Shown here one piece after another: positions 55,424 through 64,000 of a stretch of DNA of 64,000 nt. Origin of the DNA: an uncultured Candidatus Saccharibacteria bacterium (GTDB taxonomy: Bacteria; Patescibacteriota; Minisyncoccia; 2-02-FULL-40-12; GWA2-44-9); assembly GCA_964513645.1 (NCBI GenBank), contig CAZENF010000001.1, forward strand, positions 200,022-264,021, given 5' to 3'. Position 1 is the stretch's first letter. Each line of letters opens with the position of its first letter. Position numbers and translations under genes: made by a program. The notes below the pieces were generated by a model that worked only from the letters and a program-made list of their open reading frames with translations, had not been told where the DNA came from and did no database searches.

Positions 55424-56776
55424 TTAAAGTGTGTGTATCTTTCCGAATATTCTGTCTAAATTCCTAAAGACGTCGAACGCCGTATTCATCAATAAAAGTC
55501 CGGCGACCAACAAGGCTGGCTTCAATAATATCCGGCGTTTCAAAATATCTTCGACTGCGAGTCCGGCAAACAAGGCAAAGAAAGGATAGGAAAGAAAACG
55601 ATATCTGGTCTCGACCACTATCCCGATTATCGAAATAGGCATCATGACAAGCAACCCCAGCAAAAAATATCCTCTTATCTTATCTTCCTGTTCAAGTTTC
55701 GTTGTCTGCAGAATTCCCCAAAAACCAAGAATAAAAAGAATAATAGAATACGCAGACGATAAAATTAATGTCAGAGCTTTGCTTAAACCATGGAGGTGGA
55801 ACCAGAAACCGGTCGGTCTGGCAAAACTGAAATATATCGAGACCCTTTTAAGCGTGATCTTTGCAAATTCTATTGGGTAGCTCTTGATAAAATGAAGGGC
55901 TTGACTTGTCGCTTTGTCGTTCGCCCCAACATATCCGAACTTATTAACATAATCTTCAAAAGATACCGAAAGATTGTCGCCTTGCTCACCGCTCGCGCCC
56001 AGGTGGTTTCCGGTCAGAAGATTATATCCTCCGGCCGCATTGGTCGGAATGAATTTGCCGAATACCTCGTAGTTTCTCACTGTCCAAGGAATGAACAGAA
56101 CTGCAACAGAAATCACAAAAATAATTAATTTTTTATACTCCTTTATCCAAATAAAATATCCGGCCATCGGAACGAACAAGAATAGCGCCGGCGTCCGGAC
56201 CAAACCCGCCGCACCCAAAAACAAGCCTAACAAAAAAGTTTTCCAGAATGATTTTGCTACATCATTGTAATATTTGAAGAACAGATAGACCGATAGGATT
56301 AACAAAAAAACTCCGAGGAGTTCCGTCATAAGCATTGATTGCAGAGTTATGAGGTCGGGCGAAAAACCTATCAAAATTGCTGCTACAATACCCAGATGGT
56401 AATTTGACCTACCTTTAAATACTTCCTGCCCGGTCAGATACATCAACCAAAAAGAAAAAGCCATTAAGATCGCTTGGGCCAGCCAAACGATCGATAAACG
56501 ATGTCCGAACAAATAAAATATTCCGGCCAGGAAAAATTCATATCCCGGCCCGACCCGGATTATAGATTGGTCGTTTGAGAGCAGTCCATTTAGATTTTCG
56601 CGATAACCATTGCCTTGGGCAATGTTCCAGGCAATATTATCATAAGCCCTGGCATCGACTAACGGCTTAACCTGGAAATAAAAAGAATAGGCTAAGGATA
56701 CCATTAAGACCGCCGAACAGAGCATTATAAGGGCCTTTTTTTGCTTATACGAGAGGCCTGATGGGGCATTAAACAT
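55424..56776 (-). CDS. GT-C fold membrane glycosyltransferase, ArnT/PMT-like (GT39/GT83)
   Basis: 450 aa polytopic. First loop DARAYDNIAWNIAQGNGY, with acidic and aromatic residues as in ArnT/PMT. Directly downstream of the ArnC-like GT2 in the same operon. Confidence 0.7.
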   Translation of the reverse strand: MFNAPSGLSYKQKKALIMLCSAVLMVSLAYSFYFQVKPLVDARAYDNIAWNIAQGNGYRENLNGLLSNDQSIIRVGPGYEFFLAGIFYLFGHRLSIVWLAQAILMAFSFWLMYLTGQEVFKGRSNYHLGIVAAILIGFSPDLITLQSMLMTELLGVFLLILSVYLFFKYYNDVAKSFWKTFLLGLFLGAAGLVRTPALFLFVPMAGYFIWIKEYKKLIIFVISVAVLFIPWTVRNYEVFGKFIPTNAAGGYNLLTGNHLGASGEQGDNLSVSFEDYVNKFGYVGANDKATSQALHFIKSYPIEFAKITLKRVSIYFSFARPTGFWFHLHGLSKALTLILSSAYSIILFILGFWGILQTTKLEQEDKIRGYFLLGLLVMMPISIIGIVVETRYRFLSYPFFALFAGLAVEDILKRRILLKPALLVAGLLLMNTAFDVFRNLDRIFGKIHTL

Positions 56777-56838
56777 CCTAAAATTATAACTTCTTGAGTG
56801 ATTGCGGTCAATTTAAAAACCCCTGATAAATTGGGGTT

Positions 56839-57945
56839 TTAAGAATATGAATTACAGGCCTCAATCACTTGTGATACTTCCATTCCAGTCATCGCCGGAT
56901 TCAGCGGCAAACTGACTATTGTTCTGTGTATCTCTTCGCTGACTGGATAACTTTTTGAGTTGAGCCAGAAAAGGGCCTGTTGCTTATGAGGTGGCAAGGG
57001 GTAATGTACTGCTGTTGCTACTCCATGCCCATGTTTAGAGAGATGTTCGGCAAACCGGTCACGGTCTTTGGTCCGGACAGTGAATAAATGCCAGACGTGG
57101 GACCTTCTTTCCTTTGGACAGGGCATTATCAAATTCGGATTACCGATCGACTCGAGATAACGCATGGCGATATGGCAGCGTATCTCATTTTCAAAATCAA
57201 GATATTTTAATTTATATGAAAGTATCGCCGCCTGAAGTTCATCTAAACGGCTGTTTGTTCCCTGAAACCGGTTATAGTATTTGACCTGACTTCCGTAATT
57301 ACGGAGAGCTGTTATCACTTCAGCAAGTTCCGAGTTATTGGTGGTTACCGCTCCCCCGTCACCCAAAGCACCGAGATTTTTAGTGGGATAAAAACTAAAT
57401 CCCGCAGCGTCACCCAAACTGCCGACCCTTTTTGCCCCATACATTGCTCCATGAGCTTGGGCACAATCTTCGATTATTTTAAGCTCGAATTCTTTGGCAA
57501 TTTCTTCTAATTTATCGGACCAGGCCGTCTGGCCATAAAGATGGACCGGCATTACGGCTACAGTCTTAGCGGTGATTCTTTTTTCTATCAGATCAAAATT
57601 AAGATTATAAGTCTTGATATCCGGCTCTACTAAAACCGGAGTCAGACCGTTTTCCAGGATCGCTAAAATAGTTGCGATATATGTGTTGGCCGGAACAATT
57701 ATCTCATCGCCCTTTCTGAACAATCCGATCTCGCGGTAAGCCCGGATAATTAGCGTTAAGGCGTCAAGACCGTTCCCGACCCCAATACAATACTTCACTC
57801 CGCAATAATCTGCGAATTCCTTCTCAAACAAAGCAACTTTCGGGCCTAATATATACTGACCTCCATCAATTACCGAAGCAGTAATCTCAAGTAATTCTTT
57901 ACGATGTTTGGCGTTTATTTTCTGCAAATCCATAAACGACATCAT
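56839..57945 (-). CDS. DegT/DnrJ/EryC1 family PLP-dependent sugar aminotransferase (ArnB/WecE-like)
   Basis: 368 aa; [19 protein letters not shown] with the catalytic Lys. Confidence 0.85.
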   Translation of the reverse strand: MMSFMDLQKINAKHRKELLEITASVIDGGQYILGPKVALFEKEFADYCGVKYCIGVGNGLDALTLIIRAYREIGLFRKGDEIIVPANTYIATILAILENGLTPVLVEPDIKTYNLNFDLIEKRITAKTVAVMPVHLYGQTAWSDKLEEIAKEFELKIIEDCAQAHGAMYGAKRVGSLGDAAGFSFYPTKNLGALGDGGAVTTNNSELAEVITALRNYGSQVKYYNRFQGTNSRLDELQAAILSYKLKYLDFENEIRCHIAMRYLESIGNPNLIMPCPKERRSHVWHLFTVRTKDRDRFAEHLSKHGHGVATAVHYPLPPHKQQALFWLNSKSYPVSEEIHRTIVSLPLNPAMTGMEVSQVIEACNSYS

Positions 57946-58077
57946 GGCCCTTCTGCACCTCTGTGTTAAGGTTCTGATCCAAATTATTATACATTTAAAT
58001 CCAAAACTCGCAATATTGATGATTTTTAATAAATACGTAGGATAAAAGACAGTTCTTTGACCATTTTGAGGATGGCG

Positions 58078-59565
58078 ATGGAGACATGCCTGATCACTCC
58101 GCCATCCATTTTTCTTTTGGATGAGCGGGTATTTCCGACGATTGGCATTTTAAAAGTTGCCGCCGTACTTGAAAGATCCGGGGTTGATGTTAACCATATT
58201 GACTTGGCTGGGATCGAAAACTACAAACAAGTTATTTCTGACTATTGCCGAAATTTTCAAACTCAAATTTTCGGATTAACCGCTACCACTCCCCAGCTGC
58301 CAGCAACAGTAAAGATCCTAAAGAAGATCAGAGATACCAAACCATCAGCTAAGGTCATCCTTGGCGGTCCACACATTACTCTCGTAAATGCGGCTTATAA
58401 GCGTGAGAAAAAACTTAATTTTGAAGGCCGGGCCACCACTGCTTTTGAGCAGCTCTCAAATGATTTTGACGTTTTAGTCGCTGGTGACGGTGAAGAGGCA
58501 ATCTTTGAAGCCTTAAGAGATACGGCGCCCAAACTTATCGACGCCGATGTTCCTAAATCCGTTCTTTTCCTGACCAACAAAAAACTTACCGAAAACCCAT
58601 TTCCAGCCCGGCACATGATTGATCTGGACACCTACCATTACTATATTGACGGGGTTAGGGCGACAAGCATGATCGCCCAGCTCGGCTGCCCGTTTGAGTG
58701 CGGCTTCTGCGGTGGGAGAGCATCGCCATTTTTGAGGAAAGTCCGTACCCGGACCAGTGAAAACATCGTCGCCGAGATGCTTCATATTTATCAAACCTAT
58801 GGCATCCGCGGATTTATGATGTATGACGACGAACTGAACGTCAACAAGCAGGTCGTCAGTCTGATGAACATGATCGCCGACCTTCAAAAAAACCTCGGTA
58901 CAGAGTTCCGTCTCCGTGGTTTTATCAAAGCCGAACTTTTCACCGAAGAACAGGCCGAAGCAATGTACCGGGCGGGGTTCCGCTGGATACTCGTCGGATT
59001 TGAATCCGGCTCTCCGCGCATCCTTGAGAACATAAACAAAAAGGCAACCCAGGAAGACAACACGCGTTGTCTCGCCATAGCCCACAAACACGGCTTAAAA
59101 GTAAAAGCCCTGATGTCCATCGGCCACCCCGGAGAATCAAAAGATACTATCTTTGAAACCCGCGACTGGCTTCTGCGCGTTAAGCCGGATGACTTCGACG
59201 TTACCATCATCACCACTTATCCCGGAACACCGTACTATGATTACGCCATTCCCCATCCTGATAAGCCCGGAATTTGGGTTTATACCTACGAAAAGACCGG
59301 CGATAAACTTTACGGCATCGAGGTCGATTACCGGACCACCGCCGACTACTACAAAGGCGACCCTGAAGGCGGATATAAATCTTTCGTTTATACCGACCAT
59401 CTTTCTCCGGAAGAACTTGTTGAATTACGCAACAATGTCGAGCGTGATGTCAGACAAAAACTGAACATCCCGTTCAATCCTTCTGCTCCGGCAATGCGAT
59501 ACGAGCATTCAATGGGCCAAACCGGATTACCGCCAAATATCCTTCGAACAGGCAGAAAACAATAA
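58078..59565 (+). CDS. Cobalamin-binding (class B) radical SAM enzyme (third, divergent copy)
   Basis: [14 protein letters not shown] radical SAM motif and an N-terminal B12-binding-type region (VILGGPHIT). The ORF is open from TTG 58057, but GAGG plus ATG 58078 is the likely start. Confidence 0.75.
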   Translation: METCLITPPSIFLLDERVFPTIGILKVAAVLERSGVDVNHIDLAGIENYKQVISDYCRNFQTQIFGLTATTPQLPATVKILKKIRDTKPSAKVILGGPHITLVNAAYKREKKLNFEGRATTAFEQLSNDFDVLVAGDGEEAIFEALRDTAPKLIDADVPKSVLFLTNKKLTENPFPARHMIDLDTYHYYIDGVRATSMIAQLGCPFECGFCGGRASPFLRKVRTRTSENIVAEMLHIYQTYGIRGFMMYDDELNVNKQVVSLMNMIADLQKNLGTEFRLRGFIKAELFTEEQAEAMYRAGFRWILVGFESGSPRILENINKKATQEDNTRCLAIAHKHGLKVKALMSIGHPGESKDTIFETRDWLLRVKPDDFDVTIITTYPGTPYYDYAIPHPDKPGIWVYTYEKTGDKLYGIEVDYRTTADYYKGDPEGGYKSFVYTDHLSPEELVELRNNVERDVRQKLNIPFNPSAPAMRYEHSMGQTGLPPNILRTGRKQ

Positions 59566-59596
59566 TCCCCCGCTTTTAATCGGGGGATTTCTATTT
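59564..59596. terminator. Bidirectional rho-independent terminator between convergent genes
   Basis: ATCCCCCG-CTTTTAAT-CGGGGGAT followed by TTCTATTTT. The minus-strand gene stop codon lies at 59591-59593. Confidence 0.65.
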
Positions 59597-60697
59597 TACA
59601 AAATTAAATATTTTTTCCGCCCTTTTCTGCCAAGTATATTCTTTAACATCTTCGAGAGATTTTTGAGCCAATCTCTGACTACGATCGTTATCATATATCA
59701 AAAAGCTTATCTCTTTAGCAAGAACTTTGGGGTCATCGGCTTCAATAAGAACCGAGTTGTCTTTGTTTAAAACTTCTTCAAAAGACGGGACTTTGGCGGC
59801 AAGTATCGGCCGGCCTGAAGCCATATATTCGAACATTTTAAGAGGCGAACCGAACCTGTCTTCAGACTTAGGCAAGATAAGAACATCCGCTGATTTTAAA
59901 TACATCGGAATTTCCGCATGAGGCTTACGGCCGACTATCAATATGTTCTTTCTATCACCGTATTTTTTTCTAAAAATATTTATGTCCTTATCTGTTCCTC
60001 CGACAAAAACAAATAGGCATTCCGGAACAAGCTTAGCAGCTTCAGCCAATAGATCTGCCCCCTTCCAACCAAAAAGATGTCCGGTATAGAGAACAATCTT
60101 CTTGTCAGAGGGCAAACCCATATTCCTTCTCGCTTCTTCCTGGGATATTTTCAGGTCAAACCCACCGACATCAACCCCGTCATGAGCAACCAAAATATTT
60201 TCGTCCGAAAAGCCTAAATTTTTAAATTCATCTTTAAGGCCTTGTGAGATAGTGATTACTTTTACTCCTTTCTTTAAAAAATGACGGTAAAAGAATTTCT
60301 TCCTTTTGGAAAATTTATGGGCTTCAAAAACAATGTTCTTTTTTGCGGAGCTCAACAAAAGAACCGGCAGCTCGTCTCTGGACACGGCCAGATCAAAATC
60401 ATTTCTCTTGGCATATATCAGAAGAGAAAGGGCTGAAAAAAATTCCTTTATTAGTACCGCGAGGTTATCGAATTTCCCGGGCAGATAAAAATCAAAAGCA
60501 AAAACCTCTTTTGTCTTAAAATTCCTCTTGACCGAATAAAATTCAAAAAAATCATCCTTAACATGATTATCCCTGAAGGGATAAGCCAAAGTCACATCAT
60601 TGCCCGCCAAAGCAAAAGCTTCGCACATTTTAGCGATTTGGATACCATACGCCTTTTCGGTCGGCAGTCTTAAGTTGGCAAGATATAAAAGTTTCAT
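59591..60697 (-). CDS. Glycosyltransferase family 4 (GT-B)
   Basis: 368 aa; LPKSEDRFGSPLKMFEYMASGRPILAAKVPSFEEVL. Confidence 0.8.
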   Translation of the reverse strand: MKLLYLANLRLPTEKAYGIQIAKMCEAFALAGNDVTLAYPFRDNHVKDDFFEFYSVKRNFKTKEVFAFDFYLPGKFDNLAVLIKEFFSALSLLIYAKRNDFDLAVSRDELPVLLLSSAKKNIVFEAHKFSKRKKFFYRHFLKKGVKVITISQGLKDEFKNLGFSDENILVAHDGVDVGGFDLKISQEEARRNMGLPSDKKIVLYTGHLFGWKGADLLAEAAKLVPECLFVFVGGTDKDINIFRKKYGDRKNILIVGRKPHAEIPMYLKSADVLILPKSEDRFGSPLKMFEYMASGRPILAAKVPSFEEVLNKDNSVLIEADDPKVLAKEISFLIYDNDRSQRLAQKSLEDVKEYTWQKRAEKIFNFVK

Positions 60698-60700
60698 AAT

Positions 60701-61456
60701 TTAGACCCTTGCAGAAGCAACTATTTTGAACACCTTCCTCAACACACTTTTCATGGTAAACCTAACAACTCTTTTTCTAAATCCCCTTTTGGGTAATTTT
60801 TCTATTATTGCCGACAATCCTAACTGAAGATTCAGGAGTCCGATTAGGACATATTCTCGTAAGGTAATTCTTTTTTTGTGATTTAAGTCTTTTCTCGCGA
60901 ACATTATTGAATCAACTACTCCGTAATCGCTGTAAGCCTTTTCTTTTATCATCTCGCGGATTATAACCTTCGCCGGACCGTCACACGGGTTAAGTGTGTC
61001 ATGAAAGACAACATATGCGCCGTCTTTCAAAAATTTCGCAAACTTAAAATCCTCATGGACATTGGGGTAATCATGCGCCGCATCAATGAACAGCAAATCA
61101 AGCGGTCTCTGCCAGCCCTTTATCGCATCCGTAGATTTAAGAAATATCGGTTCAACAAGGTCCTCAATTCCACTCTCTCTGATATTCCTTAAAAACACCG
61201 GCTTGGTATCCATAATGCCCGCATCCGGGTCGCCAACACCATGGTCAACCGCAACCACCTTTGCCCGTCTCCCGCTGTCCTTAATTCCGTTTGCCGTCCA
61301 GACAGTCGATTTGCCCTTAAAACTGCCTATCTCAAGAGCTAAGGCCCCGTTTTTGAGCTTACTGCCTAATTTATAAAGCAAAAGACCCTCATCAATACTG
61401 AGGTAGCCCTCGATCTTATCTATTTTCTCTATCTTATCTTTGGTTAGCATGCTCAT
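60701..61456 (-). CDS. Class I SAM-dependent O-methyltransferase (family 3, YrrM/CCoAOMT-like)
   Basis: 251 aa; ALEIGSFKGKSTVW, VVAVDHG and LDLLFIDAAHDYPNVHEDF...GAYVVFHDT follow the family-3 OMT pattern. Confidence 0.6.
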   Translation of the reverse strand: MSMLTKDKIEKIDKIEGYLSIDEGLLLYKLGSKLKNGALALEIGSFKGKSTVWTANGIKDSGRRAKVVAVDHGVGDPDAGIMDTKPVFLRNIRESGIEDLVEPIFLKSTDAIKGWQRPLDLLFIDAAHDYPNVHEDFKFAKFLKDGAYVVFHDTLNPCDGPAKVIIREMIKEKAYSDYGVVDSIMFARKDLNHKKRITLREYVLIGLLNLQLGLSAIIEKLPKRGFRKRVVRFTMKSVLRKVFKIVASARV

Positions 61457-62486
61457 TAATTTTAATACTGTTTTTCATTATATCAAGCATATTCTTCACC
61501 CTGTCTTCGATAGTATGCTTCCTGAAGACCAACATCTGACCGGCCTTGGCAATATCTGAAAGTTTATCTTCATTCTCAAGATAATAAGAAACCTTGGCCG
61601 AGAGTTCGCCGACATTCCGGTAAAAAACCGCTTCTTCATTTTCTTTAAAAATATCCGCGACGGCATTATTATAATCACTGACCAGAAGCGCCCCGTTACC
61701 CGGCGCTTCAAAATCCCTCAAGTTCGTACCACTCGCTTTTTCAGTCGGATTGTGTGAATTTATCACTATTTTGCTTTGTCGGTAAATCTGGTCGAGTTCC
61801 GGGCCAAAAACGCTGCCACGATAGAATTTCTTTAATTCTGTCTCTTCCCATACTTTCGGTCCCCAGATGTTCAAATTAAAATTGCTGATAGAGTTCAAAA
61901 CCCTTTCGCGTAATTCATTCGGCGTTCCGATAAAAGAGACTTCATATATCCTGTTCGGGTTTTTCCGGCTATTAAACTCAGTCTCGCTCACCCGTGTGCC
62001 GTGCGGCAAATAATAGGCGCTCTTTATCCCTTTGTCCCTAAGAACCGAAACCGTATATTCATCCATCACAAAAAAATAATCATATATCGGTGATAATATA
62101 AAAACCGACTGATGCCAAAGCCCCTCCATATACCAATTAGCGGTTGTAATGCCCATCTTACGAAGCTGAAGAACTGTTCCGGTATCAACTTCTTTTGCCT
62201 TAACTGCCAAAAAAACATCCGGCCGGAAACTTCTGGCCGCCTGAATGACTTTTTTCTGGGAAGCCGAACTGCTTGTCCGTAAAACAAAATGATTCCAAAG
62301 GTAAGGCGAGGTTTTCAGGAACAATCTCCGGCCAAGACGGAATAACAATCGGCTACCGAAAAGTTTATACTGGACATCGCAAACCATCACATCATGTCCC
62401 AATTTCTCCAAAGCCGCGCCGACCGGAAACTGCTCCTCATCATGAGGATTGGTCGAGGTCAATAATATCTTTAGGGGACGGTTCAT
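61434..62486 (-). CDS. CgeB-family (GT-B, glycosyltransferase-1-like) protein
   Basis: 350 aa; SFIGTPNELRERV...NIWGP.W...FGPE...IYRQSKIVINSH...NLRDFEAPGNGALLVSD pattern of CgeB/DUF3880 proteins. Confidence 0.5.
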   Translation of the reverse strand: MNRPLKILLTSTNPHDEEQFPVGAALEKLGHDVMVCDVQYKLFGSRLLFRLGRRLFLKTSPYLWNHFVLRTSSSASQKKVIQAARSFRPDVFLAVKAKEVDTGTVLQLRKMGITTANWYMEGLWHQSVFILSPIYDYFFVMDEYTVSVLRDKGIKSAYYLPHGTRVSETEFNSRKNPNRIYEVSFIGTPNELRERVLNSISNFNLNIWGPKVWEETELKKFYRGSVFGPELDQIYRQSKIVINSHNPTEKASGTNLRDFEAPGNGALLVSDYNNAVADIFKENEEAVFYRNVGELSAKVSYYLENEDKLSDIAKAGQMLVFRKHTIEDRVKNMLDIMKNSIKINEHANQR

Positions 62487-63538
62487 GGTTGAGAAATTAA
62501 ATTTAACAGTTCTCTTCCGATCGCTTTTGGCGTAAGTTTCCTCTGATACAGTTCGAAGCCGCCTTCGGCGATATTTCGGGAGAGTATCGGGTCGTTTTTC
62601 AGTTCTAATATTTTATCAGCCAGATCCTCGCTATCCGCTAAATTACAGAACAGAACATTTTTTCTGTCACTTAAAAATTCAAGCAAAGCCGGACTAACTC
62701 CAGTAATAACCGGCTTTTTCATTGCCATCGCTTCCACTATTTTAAAGATATACGTCCTCTTGGCTTTTTCGGTATTGCCGAAAGCGCCGAGACAAACATC
62801 GGCTTCAGCAATTAGTTCGGCTAATTTTTCATAAGGCATATAATCAAAAAAATTAACATTTCTGACATTCAGTTTTTTAGCCAATTCAAGCGATTCGCCG
62901 TAAGTATTTAATTTGCCGACAATGTTAAATTTTATGCCTTTGTTCTCAAGTAATTTTGCCGCTTCGATTATATAAGGAATGCCCTGGGTCGGAATATATG
63001 TCCCGTGGAAATGAACGATGAAATCCCCGCCGGTTTTATTCTGCGATCTCGGATGCATTACTTCACTTGAACAGCCAACTAAAAGTCCGTTGAACTTATC
63101 CCGGGAAATATGAAAAGTTTTGGCCATATAGTCGCAATGTGCTTCGGCATCCATTAAAACCATGTCCGACAGAACACAGGAAAGCCAGTCTATCAGCCAA
63201 TATTTAACCGCCTTAATGCTGTAGCGGGAATGTTTTTGGCGGTCAAAAATATTTGAATCGTAGGTAGAGATAAAAGCATCGAAAATTAATTTTTTCCTTG
63301 GAAATCTGGTTAACATCCAAGCTAAGGGCACGACCGTATGGCCGTTAAAACCGACTATCATCACGTCGTATTTGCCCTTGAATTCTTTGTGTTTTCTGAA
63401 GAGCTGCCAGTATTTTTTAAATCCTTCCGTCCGAACATTGCATTCGAGAACTCCGACTCCGTTCTCACGCAGCCCGTCAATATTCACCCGATTCCGGGTA
63501 TAATTAGGCGGATAAATTCCAAAATAACAAATTTTCAT
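62483..63538 (-). CDS. GT-B fold glycosyltransferase (GT4-like), paralog of 52733..53782
   Basis: 351 aa; IDGLRENGVGV, C-terminal LTPKAIGRELLNL. Confidence 0.65.
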   Translation of the reverse strand: MKICYFGIYPPNYTRNRVNIDGLRENGVGVLECNVRTEGFKKYWQLFRKHKEFKGKYDVMIVGFNGHTVVPLAWMLTRFPRKKLIFDAFISTYDSNIFDRQKHSRYSIKAVKYWLIDWLSCVLSDMVLMDAEAHCDYMAKTFHISRDKFNGLLVGCSSEVMHPRSQNKTGGDFIVHFHGTYIPTQGIPYIIEAAKLLENKGIKFNIVGKLNTYGESLELAKKLNVRNVNFFDYMPYEKLAELIAEADVCLGAFGNTEKAKRTYIFKIVEAMAMKKPVITGVSPALLEFLSDRKNVLFCNLADSEDLADKILELKNDPILSRNIAEGGFELYQRKLTPKAIGRELLNLISQP

Positions 63539-64000
63539 TATTTTAAATTTTCAAAAAAATTATAATATTTTTTCGATATAACTTTTTCACCGTAATTAGC
63601 CGCAACAAATTCCCTGCCATTCCGGCCCATCAATATCCTTTTTTCTTCATCTTTTGCTAATATCATCATCGCTTCCTTAAGCGCCGTCATATTATCCGGT
63701 TTAATCAGAATTCCTGTTTTACCATCCACAACCAGTTCCGAAATAGAACCTGAACGGGTTGTAATTATCGGCAATTCCATGGAAGAAGCTTCCATTAAGG
63801 AATAACCAAATTGCTCCTCCCAACCTTCATTTGGAATGCTCGGGTAAAGAAAAACATCTGAAGCATTGAACAGTTCTCTTAACCCGTTCCGATCGAGCCA
63901 AGGCACTTTTGTAATAAGACTTTGCGCGCCAGACAGGGCTATCAGTTCATCTATTTGTGACTCATATTCACCCGTCCCGGCAAGCAGCAATCTGACATTC
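63538..64000 (-). CDS. Glycosyltransferase family 4, C-terminal part. The gene continues beyond the window end.
   Basis: LYPSIPNEGWEEQFGYSLMEASSMELPIITTRSGSISELVVDGKTG is a GT4 donor-binding region. No stop codon in frame up to position 64000. Confidence 0.7.
   Translation of the reverse strand, partial: NVRLLLAGTGEYESQIDELIALSGAQSLITKVPWLDRNGLRELFNASDVFLYPSIPNEGWEEQFGYSLMEASSMELPIITTRSGSISELVVDGKTGILIKPDNMTALKEAMMILAKDEEKRILMGRNGREFVAANYGEKVISKKYYNFFENLK

Noticed and set aside
58513-59400. Long antisense ORFs (e.g. 58513..59091 -, 192 aa; 59137..59400 -) and similar ORFs elsewhere (4865..5299 +, 20664..20948 +, 9959..10276 -)
   Set aside because: All are embedded in other frames of well-supported genes with clear family motifs. 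They arise from codon-usage bias in GC-balanced coding DNA rather than from real genes.
1-64000. CRISPR arrays, tandem repeats, rRNA/tRNA genes
   Set aside because: No regularly spaced direct repeats were seen. Only seven intergenic spacers exceed about 100 bp (the longest, 1538-1705, is about 170 bp, and 19472-19600 about 130 bp), and these show promoter or terminator features rather than cloverleaf-compatible stems. The window is essentially saturated with protein-coding genes.

Overview
The window is bacterial: sigma70-like TTGACA/TATAAT promoters, Shine-Dalgarno sites, frequent TTG/GTG starts and many rho-independent terminators. About 60 tightly packed CDS fill it, and almost all belong to one very large glycan biosynthesis and modification island of the LPS/capsule/S-layer- or flagellin-glycan type. 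It is arranged as several co-directional operons. I found no rRNA, tRNA, CRISPR array, transposase or integrase.

Modules I can recognise:
- Heptose activation: GmhA, an HddA-like GHMP kinase, and two stand-alone RfaE-domain-II-like nucleotidyltransferases.
- GDP-sugar 6-deoxy/3,6-dideoxy chemistry: a Gmd/DmhA-like 4,6-dehydratase, an RmlC-like cupin epimerase, GMER/RmlD-like reductases, and a ColD/E1-like DegT paralog whose PLP-lysine is replaced by His.
- Two TPP-dependent two-carbon-transfer modules: a PDH-E1 alpha/beta pair and a split transketolase.
- Three cobalamin-dependent radical SAM enzymes.
- A NodU/CmcH carbamoyltransferase, three SAM methyltransferases and a PhyH-like oxygenase.
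- A complete legionaminic/pseudaminic-type nonulosonic-acid pathway: NeuA/NeuB/NeuC-like genes, a PseB/LegB-like dehydratase, a PseC/LegC-like aminotransferase, a WbpG-like amidotransferase plus a fused HisF-HisH, and a PHP-ATP-grasp fusion. It is followed by a GT42 CstII-like transferase.
- An ArnB/ArnC/ArnT-like polyprenyl-phosphate amino-sugar module and a second ArnT-like GT-C at the window start.
- Many glycosyltransferases (GT2, GT4, GT11, CgeB-like) and an MsbA/PglK-like ABC exporter coupled to an Xis-family HTH protein.

The most unusual items are:
- A 26-bp TTGACACC direct-repeat motif conserved at three operon starts.
- The concentration of TPP-dependent and B12-radical-SAM sugar-tailoring enzymes together with two unknown coupled proteins.
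- The HisF-HisH and PHP-ATP-grasp fusions.
- A low-GC sub-island carrying the GT11, a methyltransferase and the PhyH-like genes.
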